From assembly GCA_017452895.1 (NCBI GenBank), contig JAFTLE010000001.1, forward strand, positions 17,428 to 81,427: a stretch of DNA of 64,000 nucleotides, written 5' to 3'. This DNA is from Clostridia bacterium (lineage in GTDB: Bacteria > Bacillota > Clostridia > Oscillospirales > CAG-272). Both the position numbers and the translations under genes were made by a program. The notes below the pieces were generated by a model. That model made no database searches, was not told the DNA's origin, and worked only from the letters and a program-made list of their open reading frames with translations. Shown one piece after another: positions 46,071 to 55,326 of the stretch. The stretch's first letter is position 1. Each line of letters opens with the position of its first letter.

Positions 46071-46844
46071 ATGAATATTCTTGTCATAGGCGATCTGACA
46101 GAGCCACGCGCGGTTGCATTTCTTGAAAGCAAGCTCTGGGACTACCGCCGCGAAAACGCGATTGACCTCGTGATCGCAAACGGAGAAAACGCATCCTTTA
46201 TCACGGGTCCCTCACCCGAGCTTGTCACGCGTATGCTCAATGCGGGCGTTGACGTGATCACGGGCGGCAACCACACGGTCCAGAATTTCCGTCTGCATCC
46301 GATGCTTGAATCTACCCCCGTGCTTTTGCGCCCCGCCAATTACCCCGCAAGCGTCCCCGGCGCGGGCTACACGGTCTGCGACGTATGCGGCTACCGTCTG
46401 CTTGTGATCAACGTGCTGGGACAGGTACACATGGAGCCGACGCTTGACAGCCCCTTTGATGCAGTCGATCGCATCCTCTCCCGCGAGGTGGGCAATTACG
46501 ATTTTGCCGCCCTTGATATCCATGCGGAGGCAACGGGTGAAAAGCTCGCCCTTGCCCATTATTTTGACGGCCGCATCCAGATTATTTTTGGTACGCACAC
46601 ACACGTGCCGACCGCCGATGCCCGCGTTCTGCCAAAGGGAACGGGCTACGTGACCGACATTGGAATGTGCGGTGCCGCCGACGGGATCCTCGGCATTGAC
46701 AGGGACGTAATCGTTGCAAGATGCCGTCAGCACCTGCCCGTCAAGTACGCACCCGCTGAGGGGGAAATCCGCGCAAATGGTGCTATTTTTGCGCTGAATT
46801 CACAAGATTTTACTGCAAAATCAGTAAAAATTGTCTCTTTTTAA
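46071..46844 (+). CDS. ymdB: YmdB-like metallophosphoesterase (2',3'-cyclic-nucleotide 2'-phosphodiesterase family, TIGR00282)
   Basis: 257 aa, with MNILVIGD.., ..ANGEN.., ..GNH.., ..DIHAEATGEK.., ..GTHTHV.TAD... It has the conserved rny-ymdB-spoVS synteny. Confidence 0.85.
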   Translation: MNILVIGDLTEPRAVAFLESKLWDYRRENAIDLVIANGENASFITGPSPELVTRMLNAGVDVITGGNHTVQNFRLHPMLESTPVLLRPANYPASVPGAGYTVCDVCGYRLLVINVLGQVHMEPTLDSPFDAVDRILSREVGNYDFAALDIHAEATGEKLALAHYFDGRIQIIFGTHTHVPTADARVLPKGTGYVTDIGMCGAADGILGIDRDVIVARCRQHLPVKYAPAEGEIRANGAIFALNSQDFTAKSVKIVSF

Positions 46845-46996
46845 TAGAAATTCTAATTTTTTTTTGAAATTTCTATTGATTTTTCCCAAACGAATCGTTA
46901 TAATAGATGTATAAGCACCCTAGCGGCTCCCTACTTTGCGCCTCTGTCTCCCACCGCAGGCTTCGCTTGCTCATTTTTAAGAGGAGGCTTTATCTC

Positions 46997-47284
46997 ATGG
47001 AAATCGAAATCCTAAAGGTTTCATCCAAGTCGACCCCCAACATGGTTGCGGGTGCGCTTGCCGGTGTTCTCCGCGAGGCGGGCATCGCCGAATTGCAAGC
47101 TGTCGGTGCGGGCGCTGTTAATCAGGCTGTCAAGGCGATCGCGATTGCCAGCAGCTTTATGGCGCAGGAGGCAAAGCAGTTGATCTGCAAGCCCGGATTT
47201 AAAGAGATCACCATCGACGGAACCGAGCGTACTGCCATTCGTTTCGTGGTTGAATCCTTACCCACCGAAGACGTTGAAGCATAA
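46997..47284 (+). CDS. spoVS: Stage V sporulation protein S
   Basis: Trimmed to MEIEILKVSSKSTPNMVAGALAGVLRE.. (95 aa, GAGGAGG RBS), with ..LQAVGAGAVNQAVKAIAIA... Confidence 0.9.
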   Translation: MEIEILKVSSKSTPNMVAGALAGVLREAGIAELQAVGAGAVNQAVKAIAIASSFMAQEAKQLICKPGFKEITIDGTERTAIRFVVESLPTEDVEA

Positions 47285-47296
47285 TGAAGAATAGGA

Positions 47297-47323
47297 AAAG
47301 AGAGTCGTCAGACTCTCTTTTCT
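47297..47323 (+). terminator. Rho-independent terminator after spoVS
   Basis: aaaagagagtc-gtca-gactctcttttc. Confidence 0.7.
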
Positions 47324-47508
47324 TATTCTTTTATTCATTTGCCCGCAATCTTCCGATCCTGCGTCGCCAAATGCCCCAACGAAAGGGCGCGTCCTTGCCA
47401 TCGGGAATGGGGCGCGGTGTCCTCTGCCGCCGCAAGCGAAAGGTAAAAGAGGCAGCAGTAATACGAAGCGTATCAAAAACGCCCCCCGAGTCGGGGAGCG
47501 TTTTGCAT

Positions 47509-49881
47509 TTATGCCTTCAGCGCATAGCCATCCTTCGCAAGTGTCTCGACGATCTTGTCGATCGTGGGCTGAAGCTCCGCCTTGCTGAGCGTGCGCTCGC
47601 CCGACTGGAAGGTCATACGGACGGTAACGCTGTCGCCGTCCTCGCCGTGGTAAACGTCAACCACATAGACGTCGGTGAGCGTCTCGCCGCCCTCGGCGCG
47701 GATCGTATCGGCAACCCTGCCGAATACAAGTCCGTCGGTATCCATACGGAGGGAGAGGTCGATGTCGATACCCGGGAACTTTGAGGGCTCGACATACTTT
47801 TGCGTTGCGATCTCGATGCGCGAGAAGGCTTCCATATCCAGCTCGCCAAACGCGATCGCCGCCTTCTTGTCGATCTTACTGCCGACGGCGGGATGCGGTA
47901 CCGAGAAGAAGCCGACGCACTTACCGTCGATCGAAACGCTTGCGGTGTTTACAGGGTGCTGCCAATTGTAGCGCGGTGCGGAATCGACCGCGAAATCCGC
48001 ATTCTTGTGCAGGATGTTTCTTGCGATCCTGTCGAAGATATCGCGCAGGCGCAGATAGAGCGTCTCCTCATCCTCGGTGCGCGAGAAGAGCGCAATACCG
48101 AGTCGCTTGTGCTCATCGCAGGTACCGTCGTCCTTCAGGCCGTTGACGGTTCTGCCGATCTCAAAGATACCGAAGGAATCCGCGTACGCGCGGTTTTCAT
48201 TAAGGAAGGAAAGCAGGGTCGGGACCATCGAGTAGCGAAGCGTTGCGTGGTCGGGGGTCTGCGCGTTGATGACCTTTACATTCTTTTCGATCTCGATGCC
48301 AAGCTCCTTATACTTCACAGCGTCGCACCAGATGTAGGAATGCACCTCGTGGAGTGCGTAGCTTGCCACCAGCATATCCTTGATGCGGTCATCGTCGGTA
48401 TTCGTGCGCTCACGGCGGATCGGTGCCAGCGGGCTTTTCGTCGTGTTGACGGCGAAGTTATCATAGCCGTAAATACGCGTGATCTCCTCGATCAGGTCAG
48501 CCTTAATCGTTACATCCTTGGTCGCGCGCCAGCTCGGCACGGTCACGTCAAAGACGTCACCCGTACGAACGACGCCGAAGCCGAGTGCCACGAGCGTCTT
48601 TTCAATCTGATCCGCGGAAATGTCAATGCCCGTGTAGCGGTCAACATACGCCTTGTCGATCGTGAGCTTGATGGTCTCGTAACGACGCGCGTACACGTCG
48701 GTCAGACTGCTGATCACACGCGCACCACTGTCGATCGAGAGCAGAAGCGAAAGGAAGCGACGGGTCGCAAAGAGCGTCAGCTCGGGGTCGAGCATCTTCT
48801 CGTAGCGCATCGACGCATCGGTACGAAGACCGAGGCGCGTCGAGGTCTTACGGATGCCGACACCGTCAAAGCACGCGCTCTCAAGCAAGAGAGAATCGGT
48901 GTCATCCTCGATCTCGGATTCAAGACCGCCCATCACGCCCGCAACCGCAACGGGCGTATCGCCCTTGCAGATCATCAGCGTGTTTCCGTCGATGGCTCTG
49001 TCCTGTCCGTCCAGCGTCTTGAAGCTGAAGGGGGTCTCAAAACGGCGGACGGTAATGGTATCGGCACGACGCAGATCGAAGGCGTGCATCGGCTGACCCA
49101 GCTCCATCATCACGTAGTTGGTCAGGTCGGCAAGCAGATTGATCGCACGGCTGCCGCAGTAGTAAAGGCGGATGCGCATATTCACAGGGCTGACCTTCAC
49201 CTTGATGTTGTCAGCCTTGATGCCGATATAGCGATAGCAAAGCATCGGCTCCGCGATCGTGATGTCGACGGCGGGAAGATCGTTGTAGGCATCGGTATCG
49301 ACGAGCGGCGGCGTCTTCAGCGATCTGTCGGCAAGCGTCGCGAACTCACGCGCGATGCCGTAGTGACCCCAAAGATCGGGGCGGTTGGTCAGCGACTTGT
49401 TATCGACCTCAAAAATGATATCGTCGATATCGTAAACCGACTTGATATCGGTGCCGAGCGGAATCTCCTCGGTGATCTCCATCAGCCCCGAGTGGTCGGC
49501 GGAAATACCAAGCTCCGCCTCAGAGCAACACATGCCGAAGGACTTGTAGCCCGCAACGGTCGCCTCGCCAATGGCGTTGCCGCACACAGAGCCGCCTGCC
49601 TGCGCGAACGCGACTGTCATACCCTCACGCACGTTCGGTGCACCGCAAACGCAGTCAACGAGTCCCTTGCCCGTATCAACCTTGAGCAGATGCAGCTTCC
49701 TTGAGTTCGGATGATTTTCAACCGAAGCAATACGGGCAACGATCACACCGTAGGTGTCCGCACCCTTGACGATAATATCCTCGACCTCGGCGGTCGAGAG
49801 CGAAAAACGGCGGATCAGCGCAACCTTGTCAAGTCCCGAAAGATCTACGAAATCCGAGATCCAATTCATTGATAAAAGCAT
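47509..49881 (-). CDS. pheT: Phenylalanine--tRNA ligase beta subunit
   Basis: 790 aa, with MLLSMNWISDFVDL.., tRNA-binding, B3/4 and B5 domains and a C-terminal anticodon-binding-like domain. It follows pheS. Confidence 0.93.
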   Translation of the reverse strand: MLLSMNWISDFVDLSGLDKVALIRRFSLSTAEVEDIIVKGADTYGVIVARIASVENHPNSRKLHLLKVDTGKGLVDCVCGAPNVREGMTVAFAQAGGSVCGNAIGEATVAGYKSFGMCCSEAELGISADHSGLMEITEEIPLGTDIKSVYDIDDIIFEVDNKSLTNRPDLWGHYGIAREFATLADRSLKTPPLVDTDAYNDLPAVDITIAEPMLCYRYIGIKADNIKVKVSPVNMRIRLYYCGSRAINLLADLTNYVMMELGQPMHAFDLRRADTITVRRFETPFSFKTLDGQDRAIDGNTLMICKGDTPVAVAGVMGGLESEIEDDTDSLLLESACFDGVGIRKTSTRLGLRTDASMRYEKMLDPELTLFATRRFLSLLLSIDSGARVISSLTDVYARRYETIKLTIDKAYVDRYTGIDISADQIEKTLVALGFGVVRTGDVFDVTVPSWRATKDVTIKADLIEEITRIYGYDNFAVNTTKSPLAPIRRERTNTDDDRIKDMLVASYALHEVHSYIWCDAVKYKELGIEIEKNVKVINAQTPDHATLRYSMVPTLLSFLNENRAYADSFGIFEIGRTVNGLKDDGTCDEHKRLGIALFSRTEDEETLYLRLRDIFDRIARNILHKNADFAVDSAPRYNWQHPVNTASVSIDGKCVGFFSVPHPAVGSKIDKKAAIAFGELDMEAFSRIEIATQKYVEPSKFPGIDIDLSLRMDTDGLVFGRVADTIRAEGGETLTDVYVVDVYHGEDGDSVTVRMTFQSGERTLSKAELQPTIDKIVETLAKDGYALKA

Positions 49882-49896
49882 ATTCGTATCTCCTCC

Positions 49897-50925
49897 TTAC
49901 AGACTTTCAAATTGCGAGAGTGCCTTCAGATTGCCCGAGTTGAAGTCGCGGATATCCTTCACGCCGTACTTCATCATTGCAAGGCGCGTCATACCGAGAC
50001 CGAAGGCAAAGCCCGTATACTCGTCGGGATCGATCCCGCCCGCGATCAGCACGTTCGGATGGATCATACCGCAGGGGCAAAGCTCAAGCCATCCCGAATT
50101 CTTACAGGAGGGACAGCCCTTACCGCCGCAAATCGTACAGCTGATATCAAGCTCAAAGCCGGGCTCGGTGAACGGGAAGTAGCCGGGGCGCAGGCGCACG
50201 TTGATATCCGACTCAAACACCTCGCTGAGCATCTTCTTCATAAAGTAGATGAGGTTTGAGATCGAAATATCCTTGTCGATCATCATACCCTCCATCTGGA
50301 AGAAGGTATTCTCGTGGCAGGCATCGGTCGCCTCGTTACGGAAGCAACGGCCGGGGAAGATGGCGCGCAAGGGCGCACCGTACTTTTTCATAATATGATT
50401 CTGCGCGGCAGAGGTCTGCGTTTTCAGAAGCTGACCGTTTTCAAGATAATAGGTATCCTGCATATCGCGCGCAGGGTGATATTTCGGAATGTTCAGCGCC
50501 TCAAAGCACTGGTAGTCGTCAACGACCTCCACGAAGTCCTCAACGGTAAAGCCCATGCCCGAAAAGATATCGGCAAGACGGCGTGCCACCAGCGTGATCG
50601 GATGATAGGAGCCGCGGTCGGTCTTCTTCGGCAGGGTGGGATTATAATGCTTCGCCTCACGAATCGCACGCTCGAGCGCCTCGTTCTTCAGCGCCTCGGC
50701 ACGGGCGGTGATGCTTGCCTCCACCTCGTTTTTCAGCGTGTTGATAAGCTGACCCGCTTCCTTCTTTCCCTCGGGCGTAAGATCGCGCATCCCCTTCAAC
50801 AGATCGGTGATTTCACCCTTCTTACCAAGGAATGCAACGCGCAAGGCGTCAAGCTCTGCCTCGTCCCTTGCGGCGGACAGCCCCGCCTCGAAGCGCCCCT
50901 TCAGCTCCTCTATTTTTTGCTTCAT
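49897..50925 (-). CDS. pheS: Phenylalanine--tRNA ligase alpha subunit
   Basis: 342 aa, with class II motifs ..HPARDMQDT.Y.., ..FPGRCFR.E..D..H...FHQ(M)EG.. and ..GFAFGLG..RLAM... Confidence 0.95.
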   Translation of the reverse strand: MKQKIEELKGRFEAGLSAARDEAELDALRVAFLGKKGEITDLLKGMRDLTPEGKKEAGQLINTLKNEVEASITARAEALKNEALERAIREAKHYNPTLPKKTDRGSYHPITLVARRLADIFSGMGFTVEDFVEVVDDYQCFEALNIPKYHPARDMQDTYYLENGQLLKTQTSAAQNHIMKKYGAPLRAIFPGRCFRNEATDACHENTFFQMEGMMIDKDISISNLIYFMKKMLSEVFESDINVRLRPGYFPFTEPGFELDISCTICGGKGCPSCKNSGWLELCPCGMIHPNVLIAGGIDPDEYTGFAFGLGMTRLAMMKYGVKDIRDFNSGNLKALSQFESL

Positions 50926-50972
50926 AAGATTGTTTCCTTTCCCACTGCGCTTGCAGTTTTATCTAAAAGTTT

Positions 50973-51001
50973 ATTATATAGGATATTGAACGTTTTGTCA
51001 A
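50973..51001 (-). promoter_or_regulatory. Consensus sigma-A promoter for pheST
   Basis: Minus strand TTGACA-N17-TATAAT, ~45 nt upstream of the pheS ATG. Confidence 0.55.
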
Positions 51002-51007
51002 GGGGCA

Positions 51008-51493
51008 TCAGAGCGCCGCATACGCCTTTTTCAGCGCGGCGACGACTGAATCCGGCACATAGCCGTCAAGCGGCGCGCCCACGCGCAAAAGCTCACGCAC
51101 GACGGTCGAGCTGACGTAGATGTGCTCTGCGCGCGCGGGAAACCAGAGCGTATCGGTGCCAAGCACGGTGTGATTGACCGCCGCCATCTCTCCCTCGTAC
51201 GCAACGTCTCCCCCACCGCGTACACCCTTGACCAGCACTGCGGAAAGCTCTGCGGCGCGTGCGGCAACCGCACGCCCTGCGGGCAGAATCTCTACGGTGA
51301 CATTTGAAAGATGTGAAAGCGCAAGCAAAAGCAGCTCGGCACGCACCTCGGGGGTGAAGAGACCGTGTCCCTTCTCCGCGTTTCCGCAGACCGCAACCGT
51401 CACATGTCCGAAGATTGCGGCGGCACGCTCAACAATATCAACATGCCCTGTCGTTACGGGATCAAAGCTCCCTGGAATATATGCGTTTTTCAT
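51008..51493 (-). CDS. coaD: Phosphopantetheine adenylyltransferase
   Basis: 161 aa, with ..YPGSFDP.T.GH.DI..RA.. and ..ISS..VRE... Confidence 0.92.
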   Translation of the reverse strand: MKNAYIPGSFDPVTTGHVDIVERAAAIFGHVTVAVCGNAEKGHGLFTPEVRAELLLLALSHLSNVTVEILPAGRAVAARAAELSAVLVKGVRGGGDVAYEGEMAAVNHTVLGTDTLWFPARAEHIYVSSTVVRELLRVGAPLDGYVPDSVVAALKKAYAAL

Positions 51494-52062
51494 AGGTGTT
51501 CCCCCTTCTTTTGCAGAATGGTCACGTAGGATTTGCTGTATCTTGCTGCCTTGATCACGAGAAATTCGGAAAGCAGTGCACGGTTTTCCTCGGTGTCAAG
51601 CGGTGCACCGCTTTCCACGACGAAAAGACAGCCGTCGGCGGCAAGCTTCGCCTCAAGAATGCGTGCCACGGCATCCGCGGCGGCATCGCTCGCATAGGGC
51701 GGATCGATGAAGATCAGGTCGTATACGTCACGCCCCGCCGCCTTACGAATATAGCTTCTGTAATCGCTGATCAAAAAGCGTGAGCATTTGAAGAAGTCGG
51801 TCTTCTGCGCATTCTCCTTGATGATCGCCATCGCCTCCGCGGCGGAATCGATGAACATTGCGCTCACCGCCCCGCGCGAGAGTGCCTCAAGCCCCATCTG
51901 TCCGCATCCGCCAAACAGATCTAAAACACGCCGTCCCTCAATATCAAATTGCAGCGCCGAAAAGATCGCTTCCTTCACGCGCTGGGTGGTCGGGCGCGTT
52001 GCCTCCCCCTCAAGCGTCAGAAGACGTTTCCCCTTCGCGCTTCCCGTAATGATCCGTATCAT
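51490..52062 (-). CDS. rsmD: 16S rRNA (guanine966-N2)-methyltransferase RsmD
   Basis: 190 aa, with MIRIITGS.KG..L.....TRPT...VKEA.F..L, ..LDLF.G.G..G.EALSRGA.. and ..DPPY... Confidence 0.88.
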   Translation of the reverse strand: MIRIITGSAKGKRLLTLEGEATRPTTQRVKEAIFSALQFDIEGRRVLDLFGGCGQMGLEALSRGAVSAMFIDSAAEAMAIIKENAQKTDFFKCSRFLISDYRSYIRKAAGRDVYDLIFIDPPYASDAAADAVARILEAKLAADGCLFVVESGAPLDTEENRALLSEFLVIKAARYSKSYVTILQKKGEHL

Positions 52063-53900
52063 TTCTTTTTCTCCGTTTTCTCTTCAAAATAGGCAAGGAT
52101 GCTGACCGCGTCCCGCTCGCTGATCCCTTCAATACGGACCAGCTCCTCCCTGCTCGCCGCCTTCAGCGCGCGTAGGCTTCCAAAGGAGCGGAGCAGCCGC
52201 TGCGCCTTTTTCGGTCCGATGCCGGGGATCTCCAGAAGCGAGGAATGCTTCAGGGTCCTACGCTTCGCCCCTTGCGATGCACGATAGGCAAATCTGTGTG
52301 CCTCTTCCTGTATTTTGTAAATGAAAGTGTACACCGCCTGCTCGGTCGCAATACCGATCTCCCCCTCTCCGTCGGTGAGGGCGCGGGTCTTATGAAAATC
52401 GTCCTTGACCATACCGAACAGCGGAATATCAAGTCCCATTTCCTGCATCACGGCGCGCACGGCGTTCACCTGTCCGCGTCCGCCGTCAAGCAGGATCAGA
52501 TCGGGTGCCGTACCGAGGGAGGGCGTGCCGTCGCCGATATGGGAAAGACGGCGCGAGAGCGCCTCACGCATTGAGCCGTAGTCGTCGGCACCGTCGGTCC
52601 CCTGAATCGTGAATTTGCGGTACTCCTGACGGTTGAAGCCGCCGTCCCTGTAGACGACCATCGACGCGGTGATATGCTCGTTTCCGACGTTTGAAATATC
52701 GTACGCCTCGATACGCTCGGGCAATACCTCGAGCCCGAGGAGAATCGCAAGTGCCAAAAGCGTCTTATCCTCACGCGCGGTATCGGTCATATAGCGGCGC
52801 ACCTTTTCGCTTGCATTCTCCTCTGCCATATCGCAAAGGGAACGCAGGCGCCCGCGCTTCGGCGTTTTGACGGTCACGCGGTGTCCTGCCCGCTTCGTGA
52901 GATATTCGCCAAGCGATCTCTCCTCTCCCTCGGGCAGATCAAAATCGAGCAAAAGCGCCCGGGGGATCGCATTCTCCTCACCGTAATAGGCACAGATCAG
53001 CCCCGAAAGCCCGTCGGGCTCCAGAATGGTGTCGGGTGAAAGAATATAAGCGACCTTATGAATAAGCGCACCGCCGCGGATATTCAAAACGGCAAGTGCG
53101 CTGACAGCCCCCTCCGAGGCGACGGCAAACACGTCCTGCTCGTCCTTCTGGTCCGAGACGACCTTTTGTCTGTCGCGCAGGGCGGAAAGCGACCCGATGG
53201 CGTCACGCGTGCGCGCCGCCTCCTCGTATTGCTCGCGCTCAGCGAAGGCGAGCATCCGCTCCTCCATCTTCCCCGCGATGTCGCGGATGTTACCCGACAG
53301 GATCTCTGCGGCGTCAGCGAATACGGCGCGGTATGCCGCGGCATCGATCTCACCCGTGCAGGGCGCAATACATCTGCCCATCTGTCGGTAGATGCAGGGA
53401 CGCTCCCTTCCGATGTCACGCGGGAAAACGCGGCGGCAGGTCGGAATACCGAGGATCTTACAGACGGTTTCCGCCGCGCTCCTGGCATCGCCCGCCGAGC
53501 CGTAGGGACCGAAATACGCCCCGCCGTCCGAGGTGCGCGTGCGCGTGACGAACAGGCGCGGATATTCTTCCTTCGTGATCTTGATATAGGGATAGGATTT
53601 TGCATCCTTCAGCTTGATATTGTAGCGCGGCGTATGACGCTTGATCAGCACGTTTTCAAGCGTCAGCGCCTCGACCTCACTGTCGCAAAGAATATAGTCG
53701 AAATCAAAAACGAGCGAAACCATCCGCGCCGTTTTTGCGCTATGCGTGCTGCCGATAAAATAACTGCTCACGCGGTTCTTCAGTTTTTTGGATTTGCCGA
53801 CGTAAAGGATCCCGCCATCCTTATCCTTCATTAGGTAAACGCCGGGGGTTGCGGGAAGTGTTGCTGCCTTTTCTCGCAGACGCTCGATATTCTTTTGCAC
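52059..53900 (-). CDS. uvrC: Excinuclease ABC subunit C
   Basis: Start set at a GTG (VQKNIERLREKAATLPATPGVYLMKD..) preceded by AAGGGGGA. It has a GIY-YIG domain (GVYLMKD..ILYVGKSK.L..RV..Y), a UVR domain and a C-terminal HhH2. The track ORF extends to 53963. Confidence 0.88.
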   Translation of the reverse strand: MQKNIERLREKAATLPATPGVYLMKDKDGGILYVGKSKKLKNRVSSYFIGSTHSAKTARMVSLVFDFDYILCDSEVEALTLENVLIKRHTPRYNIKLKDAKSYPYIKITKEEYPRLFVTRTRTSDGGAYFGPYGSAGDARSAAETVCKILGIPTCRRVFPRDIGRERPCIYRQMGRCIAPCTGEIDAAAYRAVFADAAEILSGNIRDIAGKMEERMLAFAEREQYEEAARTRDAIGSLSALRDRQKVVSDQKDEQDVFAVASEGAVSALAVLNIRGGALIHKVAYILSPDTILEPDGLSGLICAYYGEENAIPRALLLDFDLPEGEERSLGEYLTKRAGHRVTVKTPKRGRLRSLCDMAEENASEKVRRYMTDTAREDKTLLALAILLGLEVLPERIEAYDISNVGNEHITASMVVYRDGGFNRQEYRKFTIQGTDGADDYGSMREALSRRLSHIGDGTPSLGTAPDLILLDGGRGQVNAVRAVMQEMGLDIPLFGMVKDDFHKTRALTDGEGEIGIATEQAVYTFIYKIQEEAHRFAYRASQGAKRRTLKHSSLLEIPGIGPKKAQRLLRSFGSLRALKAASREELVRIEGISERDAVSILAYFEEKTEKKK

Positions 53901-53974
53901 GGTATCCCCCTTTGCTTTCTTAAAAAAATGGCGGCGGGTCCTTCCCGCCGCCGTATTCATCACTTCAAAGGCGG

Positions 53975-54238
53975 TTATTCGCCAAAGCCGGAATCAATGA
54001 GTGCGACCAAGCCGTCGATCGCCGCCTGCTCGTCCGCGCCGTCGGCAATCAATGTAACGGTCATCCCCTTCGCAATCCCCATGGAAAGAACGCCGAGAAG
54101 GCTCTTGGCATTGACCCTGCGGTCATCCTTTTCTATCCATACCGAGCTTGCGTATGCATTCGCCTTTTGAATAAAGAAGGTCGCAGGTCTCGCGTGCAGT
54201 CCTACGCTGTTTTGGATCGTTACATTCCGAGTGATCAT
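53975..54238 (-). CDS. ptsH: Phosphocarrier protein HPr
   Basis: 87 aa, with ..GLHARPA.. (His15) and ..NAKSLLGVLS.. (Ser46 region). Confidence 0.9.
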   Translation of the reverse strand: MITRNVTIQNSVGLHARPATFFIQKANAYASSVWIEKDDRRVNAKSLLGVLSMGIAKGMTVTLIADGADEQAAIDGLVALIDSGFGE

Positions 54239-54366
54239 AATAGCACCTCTGCTTTTTTAATTTCAAAAACGAATTGGTATTGTTATCAGATGCTATTAGT
54301 ATAGCAAAACCGAATCGCAAAATCAATAGTTTTTCCGTATTTTTTTGTTGAAAAATGGCTCAAAGC

Positions 54367-54840
54367 TTAATTTTTTTCGATCCCGAGAAGCAAAATCTCG
54401 GTTTTCAGGTAGCGTGTGCTGACATCAAGCGTTTGTCCTGCCGCCAGATGGCGTCCGCGCGGCAGTGAAAAGCCGCCCTCGGTAAAGCGTCCGTCGCAGT
54501 CGACCTTCGCACGCACATCGTAAAGAAGCGTGGAGGGTGAGGCAAACAGATGTCCGCGCTCGTCGGTGCCGTAGAGCATGCTCGGCGATGCGCTCACGCT
54601 ATCCGATGCGAGCCGTCCGAGATAGACGCCGTCCTCAAGATAGAGATCGCCGCCCTTCTCGAGCGCGTGCAAAAGCGACGCATCCACCCCCGTCGCCTCA
54701 ATGGAAAGCGTGACGGTGTCGGTCGGCTCCTCCTCACGCGTGGTGTAGAAGCGAACGACCGCCCCCGCGATCCCAAGGATCAGCGCGAGAAGAATGATCA
54801 CGTCAATGATATTCGGTCCTCTTTTTTTCTTACGGTTCAT
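54367..54840 (-). CDS. DUF4330-like membrane-anchored protein
   Basis: 157 aa with N-terminal ..NIIDVIILLALILGIAG.. typical of DUF4330. It overlaps the upstream paralog by 4 nt. Confidence 0.5.
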   Translation of the reverse strand: MNRKKKRGPNIIDVIILLALILGIAGAVVRFYTTREEEPTDTVTLSIEATGVDASLLHALEKGGDLYLEDGVYLGRLASDSVSASPSMLYGTDERGHLFASPSTLLYDVRAKVDCDGRFTEGGFSLPRGRHLAAGQTLDVSTRYLKTEILLLGIEKN

Positions 54841-55310
54841 ATCTTTTCCTCAAATTCCACGCAGTAGCCAACCCCTGAAAAGGCGGGCAACCGCAGATAG
54901 ATCGGCGTACCGATCAAGAGTCGATAGCCATCGATATAGACGGCACGCGCATCGGATACGGCATCGGCGTGCAGGGTCAGATAGATGTCGACGTAGCCGG
55001 GCTTTTCGGTGCGCACGTAGGCGGCGTCCCTTTCACTGTAGCACTCGGTCACGGCAGGCTCGACGCGCACGTCGCTCACCCTGCCAAGCGTGCGCTTGCC
55101 CGCATTTTCGAGTAAGAGCTCACCCACTTCGATGCTGTCGGCGAGCGCCTCCTTGACCGACGCAATCCGCACGGTGTAGGTCAGGCTGACCGACCTGCCC
55201 CCGTGACGGGGAAACGCCAAAAGAAAATAAAAGCACAAAAGAACGGCAAGGCTGATAAAGACGGTGATGATGCTGACAAGAAGCGTTCGGGTATACTTGC
55301 TTCTCTGCAT
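54837..55310 (-). CDS. DUF4330-like membrane-anchored protein (paralog)
   Basis: 157 aa, with the same size and architecture (N-terminal TM plus a beta-rich domain) as the downstream gene. Confidence 0.45.
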   Translation of the reverse strand: MQRSKYTRTLLVSIITVFISLAVLLCFYFLLAFPRHGGRSVSLTYTVRIASVKEALADSIEVGELLLENAGKRTLGRVSDVRVEPAVTECYSERDAAYVRTEKPGYVDIYLTLHADAVSDARAVYIDGYRLLIGTPIYLRLPAFSGVGYCVEFEEKI

Positions 55311-55326
55311 AGATCCTCCGTATATT

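Noticed and set aside
47800-49704. 634-aa plus-strand ORF opposite pheT
   Set aside because: An antisense shadow ORF of a conserved gene. The same reasoning applies to 44408..45769 (opposite rny), 39413..40579 (opposite dnaJ), 16301..17395 (opposite the ABC transporter), 653..1777 (opposite metF) and 13438..14388 (opposite trkH).
50926-51007. Looked for a T-box leader upstream of pheS, as is common in Firmicutes
   Set aside because: Only 82 nt separate the coaD stop from the pheS ATG, and a consensus promoter occupies part of that. There is no room for a specifier/antiterminator structure and no T-box sequence motif was seen.
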